A stretch of 64,000 nucleotides of DNA from Trichormus sp. ATA11-4-KO1 (GTDB lineage Bacteria > Cyanobacteriota > Cyanobacteriia > Cyanobacteriales > Nostocaceae), in assembly GCA_019358915.1 (NCBI GenBank), contig JAHHIM010000006.1, positions 107,340 through 171,339 on the forward strand. Direction: 5' to 3'. Each line of letters opens with the position of its first letter. Within the stretch, counting starts at the first letter, position 1. The translations under genes were made by a program, and so were the position numbers. Shown one piece after another: positions 16,740-26,787 of the stretch. Under the pieces are notes generated by a model. That model was not told where the DNA came from. It did not search any database and saw nothing but the letters and a program-made list of their open reading frames with translations.

Positions 16740-17507
16740 GTGGCAAAGGCTTCATTTTCTTGGCAGCAACTGGTCAACCAGATTCCCCACTGGTCACTTT
16801 TAGAGTTCAAGACAGGAAGCCCAAAGCAAAGACCTTTCAAGCCTTTCGCTGGACCAGGAGGCATTCTGGGCTTTTTGACAATTATCGTTGCCATGCTGTT
16901 GTGGAACTGGAAACTGCTGTTGGCACTGCTGGTTGGCGTGGGGGTAATGTTGTTAGTCTACTCAATGCAGAAATGGGACTGGCAACTATGCTGGTCACAG
17001 ATGCGGCAATTTTTCAATAGCCCCAACCATCGTTTAGCCTTAGCGGTTGGTAGTGGAGGTATCGCTACTGTTAGCACTTACATGGCAGCTGCCATTTGGG
17101 TCGACTCCAAAAGTTCTTGGATTGCTACTGGAATTATTTTGCAAGGTTTGGGGACGCTATTAACTTTAATTTTGTTGATATGGCAAATGGTCAGCTTTTA
17201 TGGCAACCAGGAAGAAGACAACTTTGAGCGGTTGTTGGTCAATTTAACAGCACAAGACCCCTTGAAGCGTTTGATAGCCATACGTCAATTAACTAAAATT
17301 ATCACTAGTAAGCGAATTGATTCCCAGATGCAGCAAGCAGCCGTCCCATGCTTGCAACTATTACTAACTCAAGAGAAAGAAGCAGTCATCAGAGATGCAG
17401 CTTTAGAAAGTTTGCAAGCCTTGGATTATTTGCCAGTGCAACCATCCAGCAAAATGGCAACTTTGATCCCTCTATCTACAAAATCTCAGGTTCGCATTTC
17501 TTCCTAA
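16740..17507 (+). CDS. Membrane protein with a C-terminal HEAT/armadillo-like region
   Basis: About four TM segments followed by DPLKRLIAIRQL and EKEAVIRDAALESL. Confidence 0.75.
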   Translation: MAKASFSWQQLVNQIPHWSLLEFKTGSPKQRPFKPFAGPGGILGFLTIIVAMLLWNWKLLLALLVGVGVMLLVYSMQKWDWQLCWSQMRQFFNSPNHRLALAVGSGGIATVSTYMAAAIWVDSKSSWIATGIILQGLGTLLTLILLIWQMVSFYGNQEEDNFERLLVNLTAQDPLKRLIAIRQLTKIITSKRIDSQMQQAAVPCLQLLLTQEKEAVIRDAALESLQALDYLPVQPSSKMATLIPLSTKSQVRISS

Positions 17508-17537
17508 TAAGCGGGCGAATTTGTATTTATTGAGATG

Positions 17538-18293
17538 CTAATGACTATGAACTCTTGGTGATTGTCGATCAATTCGTCCATTGCGGACTTGCACTACTGG
17601 ATGATTGCACCGACGCACTAGTTGTTCATCATGGGTAGTCACAATGACTGTTGCCCCAAAGGTATTTAACTTTTGGAGAATCTGCATTACTTGCCACGAA
17701 TTATCTGGATCGAGGTTGCCTGTTGGCTCATCTGCCAAAATTAAAGGTGGTGTTCCCACGATCGCCCGCGCAATACTTACGCGCTGTTGTTCTCCCCCAG
17801 ACAATTGATCAGGAAAACAGTCGGCTTTAGACAGTAAACCTACTAGCTTCAAAGTTGGTTCTAAACGCCGTTGAATTTCCTTGCGGGTATACCCTTGAGC
17901 TTGCAGGACAAAAGTGACATTTTCTGCCACTGTGCGCTGGGGAATGAGTTTGTAATCTTGAAATACAATACCAATGCGTCGCCGCAATAATGACAAGCGA
18001 TCGCCTCGCAAGGTTTTCACATTGCAGTCATCAACAATCACCTCGCCCTGTGTGGGTAGCTCTTCACCATATAACAGTTTTAAAAGAGTTGATTTACCAG
18101 AACCACTTGGCCCTGTGATAAACAGGAATTCTTTATGTTTAACCTCTAGACTCACATCCAACAAAGCATGACAGCCATTAGTATAGGTTTTTGTGATGGA
18201 GTGTAATTGCACCATGGCATTAGCACCACGGCTGTGTTGTTGAGTTTTACTATCCTCTGTTTCAGTAGTTCTGGGAGTTATTAATACTGGCAT
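17538..18293 (-). CDS. ftsE: Cell division ATP-binding protein FtsE
   Basis: [46 protein letters not shown] and [11 protein letters not shown] motifs. Confidence 0.88.
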   Translation of the reverse strand: MPVLITPRTTETEDSKTQQHSRGANAMVQLHSITKTYTNGCHALLDVSLEVKHKEFLFITGPSGSGKSTLLKLLYGEELPTQGEVIVDDCNVKTLRGDRLSLLRRRIGIVFQDYKLIPQRTVAENVTFVLQAQGYTRKEIQRRLEPTLKLVGLLSKADCFPDQLSGGEQQRVSIARAIVGTPPLILADEPTGNLDPDNSWQVMQILQKLNTFGATVIVTTHDEQLVRRCNHPVVQVRNGRIDRQSPRVHSH

Positions 18294-18472
18294 TGCTAGA
18301 CTTTCCTCACATCCTCAATCACATAGTGGGAAGTTGGCGATTTGAAATTCACCTTAAAACAAGGATTCCCAGGCAGTACCAGGGAATCTCAAATCTCAAG
18401 TCCAAAAATGAAAATTTTTTGAAGCTCTGAATATTTAGTAAGTAATAACACTCAGAAAGGAAGCACTCAGCA

Positions 18473-19222
18473 CTAAATAGCACCCCTAACAGTCAACCGA
18501 TAAACAAAGGCTTTAACCGCAAACTCTGGCAAAGCCAACATCCGCCGCCAACGCCAGGGTTCTTGATAAAGCCGATACAGCCATTCCAAGTTATTATTTG
18601 CTAACCAAGCAGGAGCGCGAGTTTTTGTCCCCGACCAAATATCAAAACTGCCACCAACACCAATCCAAATCGCTTGGGGGCACAAATGGCGATTTTGGGC
18701 AATCCATAATTCTTGCCGTGGTACTCCCAAACCCACAAAAATCACTTGTGGCTGTAATTGAGCAAGTGTTTGTTTTAATTGCTCTTCTTCTTCTGGGGTA
18801 TGGTAGCCGGAGTTAGTACCTGCTAGGTTCAAACTAGGGATTTGTTGCTGCCAAAACTCTGCTGCTTTTGCCGCGACTCCCGGCGCTCCCCCATAAAAGA
18901 ATATTCTGGCATCTGTCTGCTGCCCAAGGTATTGCAATAAGGTTTCTGCTAGCTCAATCCCCGGACAACGTTGCACTTTTTGCCAGCAAAGCCACCGCAA
19001 ATACAGAACTACCCCTGCGCCATCTGGAATCACTAACTCGGCATTTTGAATTACTTGAGCGAGGGAACTATTTCGTTCTGCCTGCATAGTCATTTCTGCA
19101 TTGAGCGTGACTACATGAGTACCTTTGCTGTGTTGCAGGCATTCTCGCAACCAGCCTGGATAGTTACTCATAACATGAACTGGTATTCCCAGTACTGAAA
19201 ACACTTTAGGCTGTTTAGACAT
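18473..19222 (-). CDS. WecB/TagA/CpsF family glycosyltransferase
   Basis: VVTLNAE, IPDGAG, VGLGVPRQE, GVGGSFD, RAP and LEWLYRLYQEPWRWRR motifs. Confidence 0.92.
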   Translation of the reverse strand: MSKQPKVFSVLGIPVHVMSNYPGWLRECLQHSKGTHVVTLNAEMTMQAERNSSLAQVIQNAELVIPDGAGVVLYLRWLCWQKVQRCPGIELAETLLQYLGQQTDARIFFYGGAPGVAAKAAEFWQQQIPSLNLAGTNSGYHTPEEEEQLKQTLAQLQPQVIFVGLGVPRQELWIAQNRHLCPQAIWIGVGGSFDIWSGTKTRAPAWLANNNLEWLYRLYQEPWRWRRMLALPEFAVKAFVYRLTVRGAI

Positions 19223-19747
19223 GGCCTTATTCTTGATTAGACTCGCACCAAATTCCCTCGAACGATAGTCTATCAAATTTTTTAATAGGTTGTCTGTGGA
19301 AAATTTAGCTAATTGGCAGGGGAAAACTAGGTAAATTACCTACCTTATATGATTGCTTTGTTTACAATGCGACCGTATACTGAAAAATGAATATATAAAA
19401 ATATCTTATTATTTATCAATAAGTATTTATCAGCGATTTTTGACAAATTTCTGGCAACACAAACTAAAAAGTATGGGGTTGAGCTAGGGTTATCTCATAT
19501 TGTAAGTTCACACACCTGCCACAATAGAAATCAGAATTCAGTAAATTGGCACTATAAAAAGTGCTTCCTGCCTAAGTGCTAAGTAAAAATACTAGTCTTT
19601 AGCGTCTTTTTCATATTTGGGGTAAATGCCCACTAATTTTATTATTGAAGTGTTTTGTACAAATGACTTTAAACTGCATTTTCTATATAAGACTTTTGAA
19701 TGAACTCAATTTTAAAGTTAAGGTAATGTAACTTGCGGAAGCTGACT

Positions 19748-20467
19748 ATGAGTAAAATTCGGATTGCTCTGATTGAAGATCACGACCTTACCCGTGTAGG
19801 TATTCGGACAGCTTTACTACAAAAGGAAGAAATTGAAGTTGTAGGAGAAGCTGCTAATGCGGCAGAAGGTCTGAAAATGTTAAAAAAGCTACAACCAGAT
19901 ATTGCGATTGTAGATATTGGTTTACCAGATAAGGATGGTATTGAACTGACACGGGAATTGAAAGCTCTCACTAATGGTGGAGATTCATCAACAAAGGTGT
20001 TAATTTTAACACTTCAGGATAATAAAGAAGCCGTGCTAGCAGCTTTTGCAGCTGGGGCAGACTCTTACTGTATGAAAGATATCAAGTTTGATAATTTACT
20101 GGAAGCCGTGCGAGTAACTTACAATGGCAACGCTTGGATCGATCCAGCGATCGCACGCATTGTATTACAACAAGCCCAACAAAATCCCTCTAAACTAGAA
20201 ACGGTTGCCGCAGACCAAAAAAATCCTTCCCAGAACTTAGAATCTGAGGAGGATTTGGAAATGATAGACTCTTACACCCTGACAGAGAGGGAATTAGAAG
20301 TGTTACAGTTAATCGTCGAGGGTTGTAGCAATGCAGTTATTGCCGAACGCCTATACATCACAGTCGGAACTGTGAAAACACACGTCCGGAATATTTTGAA
20401 TAAGCTATGCGCCGATGACCGTACCCAAGCAGCCGTACGCGCCTTGCGTTCTGGATTAGTGGGATAA
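19748..20467 (+). CDS. NarL/LuxR family response regulator
   Basis: IEDHDL and IVDIGLPDKDG in REC; LTERELEVL...GTVKTHVRNILNKL HTH. Confidence 0.93.
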   Translation: MSKIRIALIEDHDLTRVGIRTALLQKEEIEVVGEAANAAEGLKMLKKLQPDIAIVDIGLPDKDGIELTRELKALTNGGDSSTKVLILTLQDNKEAVLAAFAAGADSYCMKDIKFDNLLEAVRVTYNGNAWIDPAIARIVLQQAQQNPSKLETVAADQKNPSQNLESEEDLEMIDSYTLTERELEVLQLIVEGCSNAVIAERLYITVGTVKTHVRNILNKLCADDRTQAAVRALRSGLVG

Positions 20468-20636
20468 ACTTTTGTATTTACTTGAGCAAACACCAGGAAG
20501 TTGAAAGCTTTAAGTAAATTTATCCGTTCAAAATGGGTAACTTATCTTTAAGGATTACTTTTTAATCTTTTAGTTATCGGGTGAGATAAAAATTGCACTA
20601 TCTCGCTATTTAATTATCAAAAATTTTAAAGTCAAT

Positions 20637-22310
20637 ATGACTGAGACAGAGATAGGCAAACTCAAGCTCATGGTAGTAGATGATGAGCTGGATAACTTAG
20701 ATTTACTCTACCGTACTTTTAGGCGAGATTTTCAAGTATATAAAGCTAATCATGCCCTGAGTGCGCTGGAAATTTTGGACAAAGAAGGCGAGATGGCTGT
20801 GATTATCTCGGATCAAAGAATGCCGGAAATGAACGGCACCGAATTTCTCAGTCGCACAGTGGAGCGCTTTCCTGATACAATCCGAATTTTACTGACTGGT
20901 TTTACTGATGTGGAAGATTTGGTGGATGCCATTAACTCCGGTCAAGTATTTAAGTACATCACCAAACCCTGGAGTCCCGAACAACTGAAAGTAATTGTTG
21001 ACCAAGCTACTGATACATACCGTGTAGTTAAGAAACGTACCCGTGAGTTGCGTCGCGCTCTGCGGCGAGAGTCTTTATTTAATGCGGTGACAACGGCAAT
21101 TCGGGAATCCCTAAATTATGACAGTATGCTGGAAAAGATTGTGGCCACAATTGGACAAACATTTGCCGCTACTTGTTGTTTACTCAGACCTGTGGAGAGC
21201 GATCGCTTAACAGAAGACCAATTTTGCTATCAAGATCCTCAATCTAGTTTACCTTGTTGTGCCTATAATCCCAGTCTTTTAATTGCAAAAGTTCTGGAAA
21301 CTCGCCATTATCAACTTACCCAAGATACATATGATGGTAATCCCTGTCACCACCTGGTTGTGCCACTTTTATACCAGCAACACCTGTTAGCTGTCCTAGC
21401 TATCTACCAGTGGGGAAACGAGCAACCTTGGCAAGACGAAGAAATTCAACTAATTGCAGGTGTTGCCGAACAAGCAGCCTTAGCCCTCTCCCAAGCCAAG
21501 CTCTATCAACGCCTCCAGGAAAAGCAACAACAGCTCAGCACTGAATTGGAGGTCGCCCGCCAAATTCAAAACAACTTGCTACGCCAAACTTTACCGGATA
21601 TTACAGGTGCCAAGCTACAAGCCTGCTGTTACCCGGCTCGTGAAGTGGGAGGAGATTTTTTTGAAGTGTTTATTCATCCCAAAGGCGATTTATGGTTGGC
21701 AGTCGGTGATGTTTCCGGCAAAGGTGTGCCAGCTGCTTTATTTATGGCTAGTGCTATTTCCGTATTGCGCCGGGAATTATCTCAAGAAACGCCAGCCGAA
21801 CCAAATGTGGTGGTAAGTAATCTCAACAGCGCTCTTTGTGATGATTTAATTGGCAATAATTGCTTTATTACCCTCGTCTTAGCCCGTTATACGCCTACTA
21901 CCAAAGAAATAGTCTACGCCAATGCTGGTCATATATATCCCCTGCTTTGGTCAGGCTCAGCCAATGTAGCCGCAAACCCCGATTATCTGAAGGTGCGCGG
22001 TATTCCTTTGGGTATCTTACCTCAGTGGCAAGCACAGTCTGGTCGGTTGGTTCTTGCTGCTGGAAATACTTTACTGCTAGCTAGTGATGGAATTACAGAA
22101 GCAATGGTATCTAATAAATTATTAGATACGGCAAAAACCGAGGGTAGCCTCCAGTCAATGAACCGTTCTATGCTGAATCAGGAAGGTCTTTGGCAACTTC
22201 TACAAAAGGAACCCCAACCGCTTTCTCTGAACAATTTACTAGCTCGCATCCAGGCAGATAATCACGTTCAAGAAGATGATCAAACTATACTTTCACTGGA
22301 GGTTTTGTAA
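20637..22310 (+). CDS. REC-GAF-PP2C (SpoIIE/RsbU-type) phosphatase, HmpU-like
   Basis: VVDDE and SDQRMP (REC), a GAF domain, then ARQIQ, VGGDFF, GDVSGKG, NAGH, SDGITEA and EDDQT (PP2C). Confidence 0.9.
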   Translation: MTETEIGKLKLMVVDDELDNLDLLYRTFRRDFQVYKANHALSALEILDKEGEMAVIISDQRMPEMNGTEFLSRTVERFPDTIRILLTGFTDVEDLVDAINSGQVFKYITKPWSPEQLKVIVDQATDTYRVVKKRTRELRRALRRESLFNAVTTAIRESLNYDSMLEKIVATIGQTFAATCCLLRPVESDRLTEDQFCYQDPQSSLPCCAYNPSLLIAKVLETRHYQLTQDTYDGNPCHHLVVPLLYQQHLLAVLAIYQWGNEQPWQDEEIQLIAGVAEQAALALSQAKLYQRLQEKQQQLSTELEVARQIQNNLLRQTLPDITGAKLQACCYPAREVGGDFFEVFIHPKGDLWLAVGDVSGKGVPAALFMASAISVLRRELSQETPAEPNVVVSNLNSALCDDLIGNNCFITLVLARYTPTTKEIVYANAGHIYPLLWSGSANVAANPDYLKVRGIPLGILPQWQAQSGRLVLAAGNTLLLASDGITEAMVSNKLLDTAKTEGSLQSMNRSMLNQEGLWQLLQKEPQPLSLNNLLARIQADNHVQEDDQTILSLEVL

Positions 22311-22313
22311 GTA

Positions 22314-22739
22314 ATGAAAAGTGAGCTTCATGTACCAAGTGACTTGAGTTATTTAAACATTGTTGAAAGCTGGTTGCTGGGATGCTTAAAAATTCAGCTC
22401 AAAGAATCGGTTGATTGGTCACGGCAATCAAGTCGTTTGCGGTTAGCTTTGGTAGAAGCATACTCAAATGTAGTCCGTCATGCCCACAAAGAACAGCCGA
22501 ATTTACCAATTCTACTGCGTTTGGAACTAAAAGACCGAGATATTGCCATAGAAATTTGGGACTATGGCGAAGGCTTTGATATGTCTACATATTTGCCGCC
22601 CAACCCTACAGAAAAACAAGAAGGCGGCTATGGTTGGCTAATTATGAATCGTTTGATGGATAATGTGGAGTACCAGTTACAAGTTAATGGCGCTAACTGT
22701 CTTAAGTTAGAAGCTACCATACCCGAACTAGTTAATTGA
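22314..22739 (+). CDS. RsbW-type anti-sigma / serine kinase, HmpW-like
   Basis: LALVEAYSNVVRHA, WDYGEGFD and EGGYGW motifs. Starts 3 nt after the phosphatase stop. Confidence 0.88.
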   Translation: MKSELHVPSDLSYLNIVESWLLGCLKIQLKESVDWSRQSSRLRLALVEAYSNVVRHAHKEQPNLPILLRLELKDRDIAIEIWDYGEGFDMSTYLPPNPTEKQEGGYGWLIMNRLMDNVEYQLQVNGANCLKLEATIPELVN

Positions 22740-22974
22740 CAATTTTGAATACTTAGATTGTGGATTACCGGACTTTGTAAGTATTCTCTACGCTCACTTG
22801 CAGAAAAATTCTGGTAAACCATCCACAGCAATTATCCTTTGATGACTAAGGCGATAAAAAGCTCTAGAGAGAGTTGCTGGAATCGCACCGTAGTGTCGCT
22901 GCTAGTTGATTTTTGGTCACGCATCGTTTGCCTATGTGTTCAAATGCAGTAAATATGCCGCTAATCAGATCTGT

Positions 22975-23211
22975 TCAGGTTGGTACAAGCTGCGGCTCTA
23001 ATGAACAGACCAACGCCTTGACACGTGATACAATCCGTAATTCATGAGGATAGCGAGGACGCGGGTCATTGACTAACCACACAGGCGGTACCATCATTGC
23101 TTCATAGAAGTCAATTACATAAAAGACTCCCGGTTGCGCTTTCAATTCTACAACCGATCCTGGTAGATACTCAAACGCTTCATCCCAATCGGTTGCTGTC
23201 TCAAAGTTCAT
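22975..23211 (-). CDS. Small hypothetical protein (78 aa)
   Basis: ATG ORF with protein-like composition (PPVWLVNDPRPRYPHEL), co-oriented with the upstream small ORF. Confidence 0.6.
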   Translation of the reverse strand: MNFETATDWDEAFEYLPGSVVELKAQPGVFYVIDFYEAMMVPPVWLVNDPRPRYPHELRIVSRVKALVCSLEPQLVPT

Positions 23212-23267
23212 AAATATTAAATCAAATTATTGATCTGTGAAGATGGCGATCGCTTTCCATCTGAAAA

Positions 23268-23516
23268 TTAACAGTAGAAATCACTTCTGTTTAACAGTAT
23301 TTCGCCGTGGCTAGGAACCCAAGCAATCCAAGTGTCCTGCGATTCCTGGCATAGTAGCAGTGCTTCGTCAAAACTATATTCATTGGGAAGTTGAAGCAAC
23401 TTGACCCACGAGTCGCGATTATAGGTAATTTTGCAGACAGGATTCCAGGTGGGCGCATTTGTATCCTGAATTTCTGGAAGCAGTGGGCAGGTTAGATAAG
23501 TGGATCGAAGTAGCAT
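23268..23516 (-). CDS. Small hypothetical protein (82 aa)
   Basis: ATG ORF with GAGG SD upstream. WVKLLQLPNEYSFDEALLLC...WIAWVP.HGE resembles conserved cyanobacterial small proteins. Confidence 0.68.
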   Translation of the reverse strand: MLLRSTYLTCPLLPEIQDTNAPTWNPVCKITYNRDSWVKLLQLPNEYSFDEALLLCQESQDTWIAWVPSHGEILLNRSDFYC

Positions 23517-23605
23517 TTTCTGCCTCTGTTTCGCTAAAGAAATTTGGCTTGAGGCAACCTACCCCACCGAGCTAAGGGACGAATTTAAGGCAGGTTGTTT
23601 TATTC

Positions 23606-23621
23606 TGTATCTATTGTTACA
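23606..23621. promoter_or_regulatory. Candidate NtcA-binding site
   Basis: TGTA-TCTATTGT-TACA, a perfect TGTA-N8-TACA match in a divergent intergenic region. Confidence 0.55.
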
Positions 23622-24005
23622 GTTTTTAGTTTATAAATTTTTTTCTTTTGCATAATTTTACAAACTGCCAAAAATTTCTGTGTGTGATGCCGAATGTTAA
23701 CGCATGACACAAGATTAAAACCCGCAATCACAGAGGACTAGAGCTAGTTTATTAATAAATCTTAATAAAGTTACTAATTTTTGCTAAATTTATTTGATTT
23801 ATCAGGAGCAATTATTAAATACTAAAAATATGAAGAGTGCTGAGTAAGATCAAGCCTTACTGCTGAATTTACAGCAGAAGACAAACTAATGCTTTGTTAA
23901 GACCAGAGGTAATTAGCAGCATATCCCTACAATCCTCAGTGTAGATTCTCAGGGTTGTCAATGGGTAAAAATAATCCTCAGTAAACCAAAGTCATGCCTT
24001 AATCT

Positions 24006-24446
24006 ATGGAAGCTTTATTTTGTTTGTCACCACGCTATCGCCTTGATGATGAATCACCTTGGCTAGAGGGTATCGACCCCAGTCGTCATTACTGGATTGC
24101 CGTGAATGGAGACAGGAATATAACAGTAGCTGTACCTGGGTTAGTAGTTGAGTCAATGAGCGAATTAGGACAGGCTATTCGCCAGTTTCGCTCTTTACAG
24201 CCGGGAGAACAAATGACTTTAAATAGAATTGCCAGAGCTTGTACTATTTACTGTGTCAGTTCCAATTGCTATGCAGTAGCAGACCAGATCAATGATGCTC
24301 CAGTTTGGCATCTGTTTGATCAAGAAACTTTAGATAGTTTATTGATGACAGCACACCCAGAGTGGCAATGTGCGCCATCAGATATTGAATTAGGTCGGAG
24401 ATTGCTATTGCGTTCTTTACAAGAACCAAGCGCCGTTAAGAAATAA
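24006..24446 (+). CDS. Hypothetical protein
   Basis: 146-aa ATG ORF convergent with the CTDH gene. Confidence 0.7.
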   Translation: MEALFCLSPRYRLDDESPWLEGIDPSRHYWIAVNGDRNITVAVPGLVVESMSELGQAIRQFRSLQPGEQMTLNRIARACTIYCVSSNCYAVADQINDAPVWHLFDQETLDSLLMTAHPEWQCAPSDIELGRRLLLRSLQEPSAVKK

Positions 24447-24460
24447 GAAAATTCAACATG

Positions 24461-24892
24461 CTATGCTTCCCGACGTAAGGAAAGTAAATCTTGGGGAGAA
24501 GCTATGAGTTTGATTTTGGCGCTGATAATTTGCTGTTGTTGGTTGAGGATAAATAGCCAAAGAACGTTGACACCACACCAAGAAGTTTGTGCCTTACCTG
24601 TGACTTGAACTTGGATTTGGCCATTTTCTAAAGTCTCAATAATTCCTTGACGGGGATGAGCTTGAATATTTCCAGCTTCTTGTTGTAAATAGGTAGCGAT
24701 CGCATCTGTCCCTACAATACCAGATTCAAAGGGCGGATACATCACACCGTCATCAGTAAATAAAGCAGCAGTCGCCTGAAATTCCCCAGCGTTGAGAGTT
24801 TCAAAGTAACCTAAGATGTTGGGTGCGGAAATGCCCTCAATTTGCAATTCTTCTTTGGCTGTAGTTGTCGTTAAAGATTCAGCAGCTGTCAT
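24461..24892 (-). CDS. CTDH/CCP: NTF2-like homolog of the orange carotenoid protein C-terminal domain
   Basis: YFETLNAGEFQATAALF...PPFESGIVG..AIATYL...VTGKAQTSWCGVNVLWLF...IKLIASPQDLL. Lies directly downstream of an HCP gene. Confidence 0.9.
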   Translation of the reverse strand: MTAAESLTTTTAKEELQIEGISAPNILGYFETLNAGEFQATAALFTDDGVMYPPFESGIVGTDAIATYLQQEAGNIQAHPRQGIIETLENGQIQVQVTGKAQTSWCGVNVLWLFILNQQQQIISAKIKLIASPQDLLSLRREA

Positions 24893-25011
24893 AGCATCAC
24901 CTTGATCACACTAGCTGAACATCTATTGGAATCCAAAATTAAATATAAAGCAAGTTGCTGTCGATATAGATGATCAATATTCCCCATGAAAGATGAACAA
25001 TTGCTTAAGAA

Positions 25012-25044
25012 AGAGTGTTTCCCAGGCGGACACCTGGGAAATAC
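25012..25044 (-). terminator. Hairpin/terminator between HCP and CTDH
   Basis: TTTCCCAGG-CGGACA-CCTGGGAAA perfect 9-bp stem, pyrimidine-rich downstream on the minus strand. Confidence 0.55.
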
Positions 25045-25086
25045 AAGTTGCACAACATTGAGGTTGGGAAGATATCGACAAATAAT

Positions 25087-25608
25087 TTAGTTATAGAAGG
25101 GGTCAGTACCCATCTCAGCTACTACCTGGCGAAGAACTGTGATTTGTTGACCAAAATCTAGTTGCTTGATTGCTTCGAGTACTTGTACTCCATCCCGAGA
25201 AAGTTGATAGCCAGCTGGCATGGGTACAACAAATCCTTGTACCATCAATTCTGATAACTCATACCAGAAAGCTAACTTGGTGTTATTGCTGAGAATACCG
25301 TAAGAGCGGGAAATTTGAGTATTTCTTTTAGCAGCCAGGTCACGCATAACATTTAATTGCTCTGCATGAGACATTTGCTTGATTTGATTGAGTAGACCTG
25401 CGGCTATTTGTAAACGAGCCGCACCTGTAGCGGCTGGTGTAATAGAACGTCCCATTTCTGTGTAAGCATACCAAAGCACTGCTAACTGGTCATCTACACT
25501 GAGACTTTGGAACACAGCCTTAGTGGAGGTAACAGCATCACCAGGCCGGTTACCGTAATTCAAAGCGTTAGACAAGCGAGTTGAAGCGGAATCAGAAGTG
25601 AATGTCAT
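25087..25608 (-). CDS. Helical carotenoid protein (OCP N-terminal domain homolog; CTDH-adjacent, HCP4-like by gene order)
   Basis: LSVDDQLAVLWYAYTEMGRSITPAATG, RSYG...TKLAFWYEL and QQITVLR..V.EMG motifs. ATG at 25608; the ORF extension to 26010 overlaps queG and is rejected. Confidence 0.92.
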   Translation of the reverse strand: MTFTSDSASTRLSNALNYGNRPGDAVTSTKAVFQSLSVDDQLAVLWYAYTEMGRSITPAATGAARLQIAAGLLNQIKQMSHAEQLNVMRDLAAKRNTQISRSYGILSNNTKLAFWYELSELMVQGFVVPMPAGYQLSRDGVQVLEAIKQLDFGQQITVLRQVVAEMGTDPFYN

Positions 25609-25827
25609 GATGGCACCACAATTGATGAGTTTAAGTAGGCAGGTAATCAATGTGAGGTTTACATTACCCTGGGTTACTTTACCTCTTTGTCTATATTCTG
25701 CATTATTTCTTAACAAATGGCAAATAAAATTTACATATAGGTATGGTAATGAATATTGAACAAAGTCAATGGATGCATAATGTATAAAGAAGCAGCCCAG
25801 AATTGCAGCCAAATTCAGATAAGCGAA

Positions 25828-26787
25828 ATGAATCAGTATTATGTCACCAGCAGCAGTATAGTCAAAGAAAAAGCCAAAGAATTGGGATTTCACAAAGTAG
25901 GAATTGCTGCTGTAGATAGGGGAGATAATACAGACGCACAGAGATTGCAAGCATGGATAACCCTGGGTTATCACGCTGATATGGAATGGATGAATAACCC
26001 GAAGCGTCAAGATATTAGCTTAATCATGCCAGAAGCGCGATCGCTAGTATGTGTTGCTCTCAATTACTACACACCAGATCAACGTCCTGAAGGCGAGGAA
26101 TATGCCAAAATCTCTCGTTATGGCTGGGGTAGAGACTATCATAAGGTGATGCACAAAAAGCTCAAGGCTTTGACTACCTGGCTAGAATCACTCAATCCAA
26201 ATGTTGAAGCTAGATATTATGCAGACACTGGCCCGGTACAAGATAAAGTTTGGGCACAACGCGCTGGCATTGGTTGGATTGCCAAAAATGGTAATGTAAT
26301 CACCAGAGAGTATGGCTCTTGGGTATTTTTGGGAGAGGTATTGACAAATCTGGAACTAGAGAGCGATCGCCCACATACAGAACACTGTGGAAGTTGTACT
26401 CGTTGTCTAGAAGCTTGTCCCACAGGTGCAATTACCCAGCCGTTTGTAGTCGATGCTAATCGCTGCATCGCCTATCATACCATCGAAAATCGGGCGGAAA
26501 ACTTACCAGAGACAATCACAGCCAATTTACAGGGCTGGGTTGCTGGTTGTGATATTTGCCAAGACGTTTGTCCTTGGAACCAGCGTTTTGCCCAGACAAC
26601 AGATGTGGTAGATTTTCAGCCTTATCCTGCCAATCTTGCGCCCCAGCTGATAGAATTAGCCCAAATCTCAAATGAGGAGTGGGATCAACAATTTCCGGCA
26701 TCAGCGTTGCGGCGGATTAAGCCAGAAATGTTAAGAAGAAATGCCCGTGCTAATCTTGACGCATCCGAACATAAGCATGACCAATAA
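25828..26787 (+). CDS. queG: Epoxyqueuosine reductase
   Basis: ISRYGWGRDYH, DTGPVQDK, CGSCTRCLEACPTGA and GCDICQDVCPWN motifs. Confidence 0.93.
   Translation: MNQYYVTSSSIVKEKAKELGFHKVGIAAVDRGDNTDAQRLQAWITLGYHADMEWMNNPKRQDISLIMPEARSLVCVALNYYTPDQRPEGEEYAKISRYGWGRDYHKVMHKKLKALTTWLESLNPNVEARYYADTGPVQDKVWAQRAGIGWIAKNGNVITREYGSWVFLGEVLTNLELESDRPHTEHCGSCTRCLEACPTGAITQPFVVDANRCIAYHTIENRAENLPETITANLQGWVAGCDICQDVCPWNQRFAQTTDVVDFQPYPANLAPQLIELAQISNEEWDQQFPASALRRIKPEMLRRNARANLDASEHKHDQ

Noticed and set aside
20535..20543. GGGTAA SigF-like element upstream of the PP2C gene (also at about 23963 and 25664)
   Set aside because: The hexamer is too short to distinguish from chance without TSS data.
23555..23600. 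Glutamine (glnA) riboswitch in the leader of the 82-aa ORF
   Set aside because: It lacks the conserved CGTT...GGAAG...GAAGGAACG core; only a generic stem is present.
25609..26010. 134-aa N-terminal extension of the HCP ORF
   Set aside because: It overlaps queG on the opposite strand, and HCP similarity starts at the ATG at 25608.
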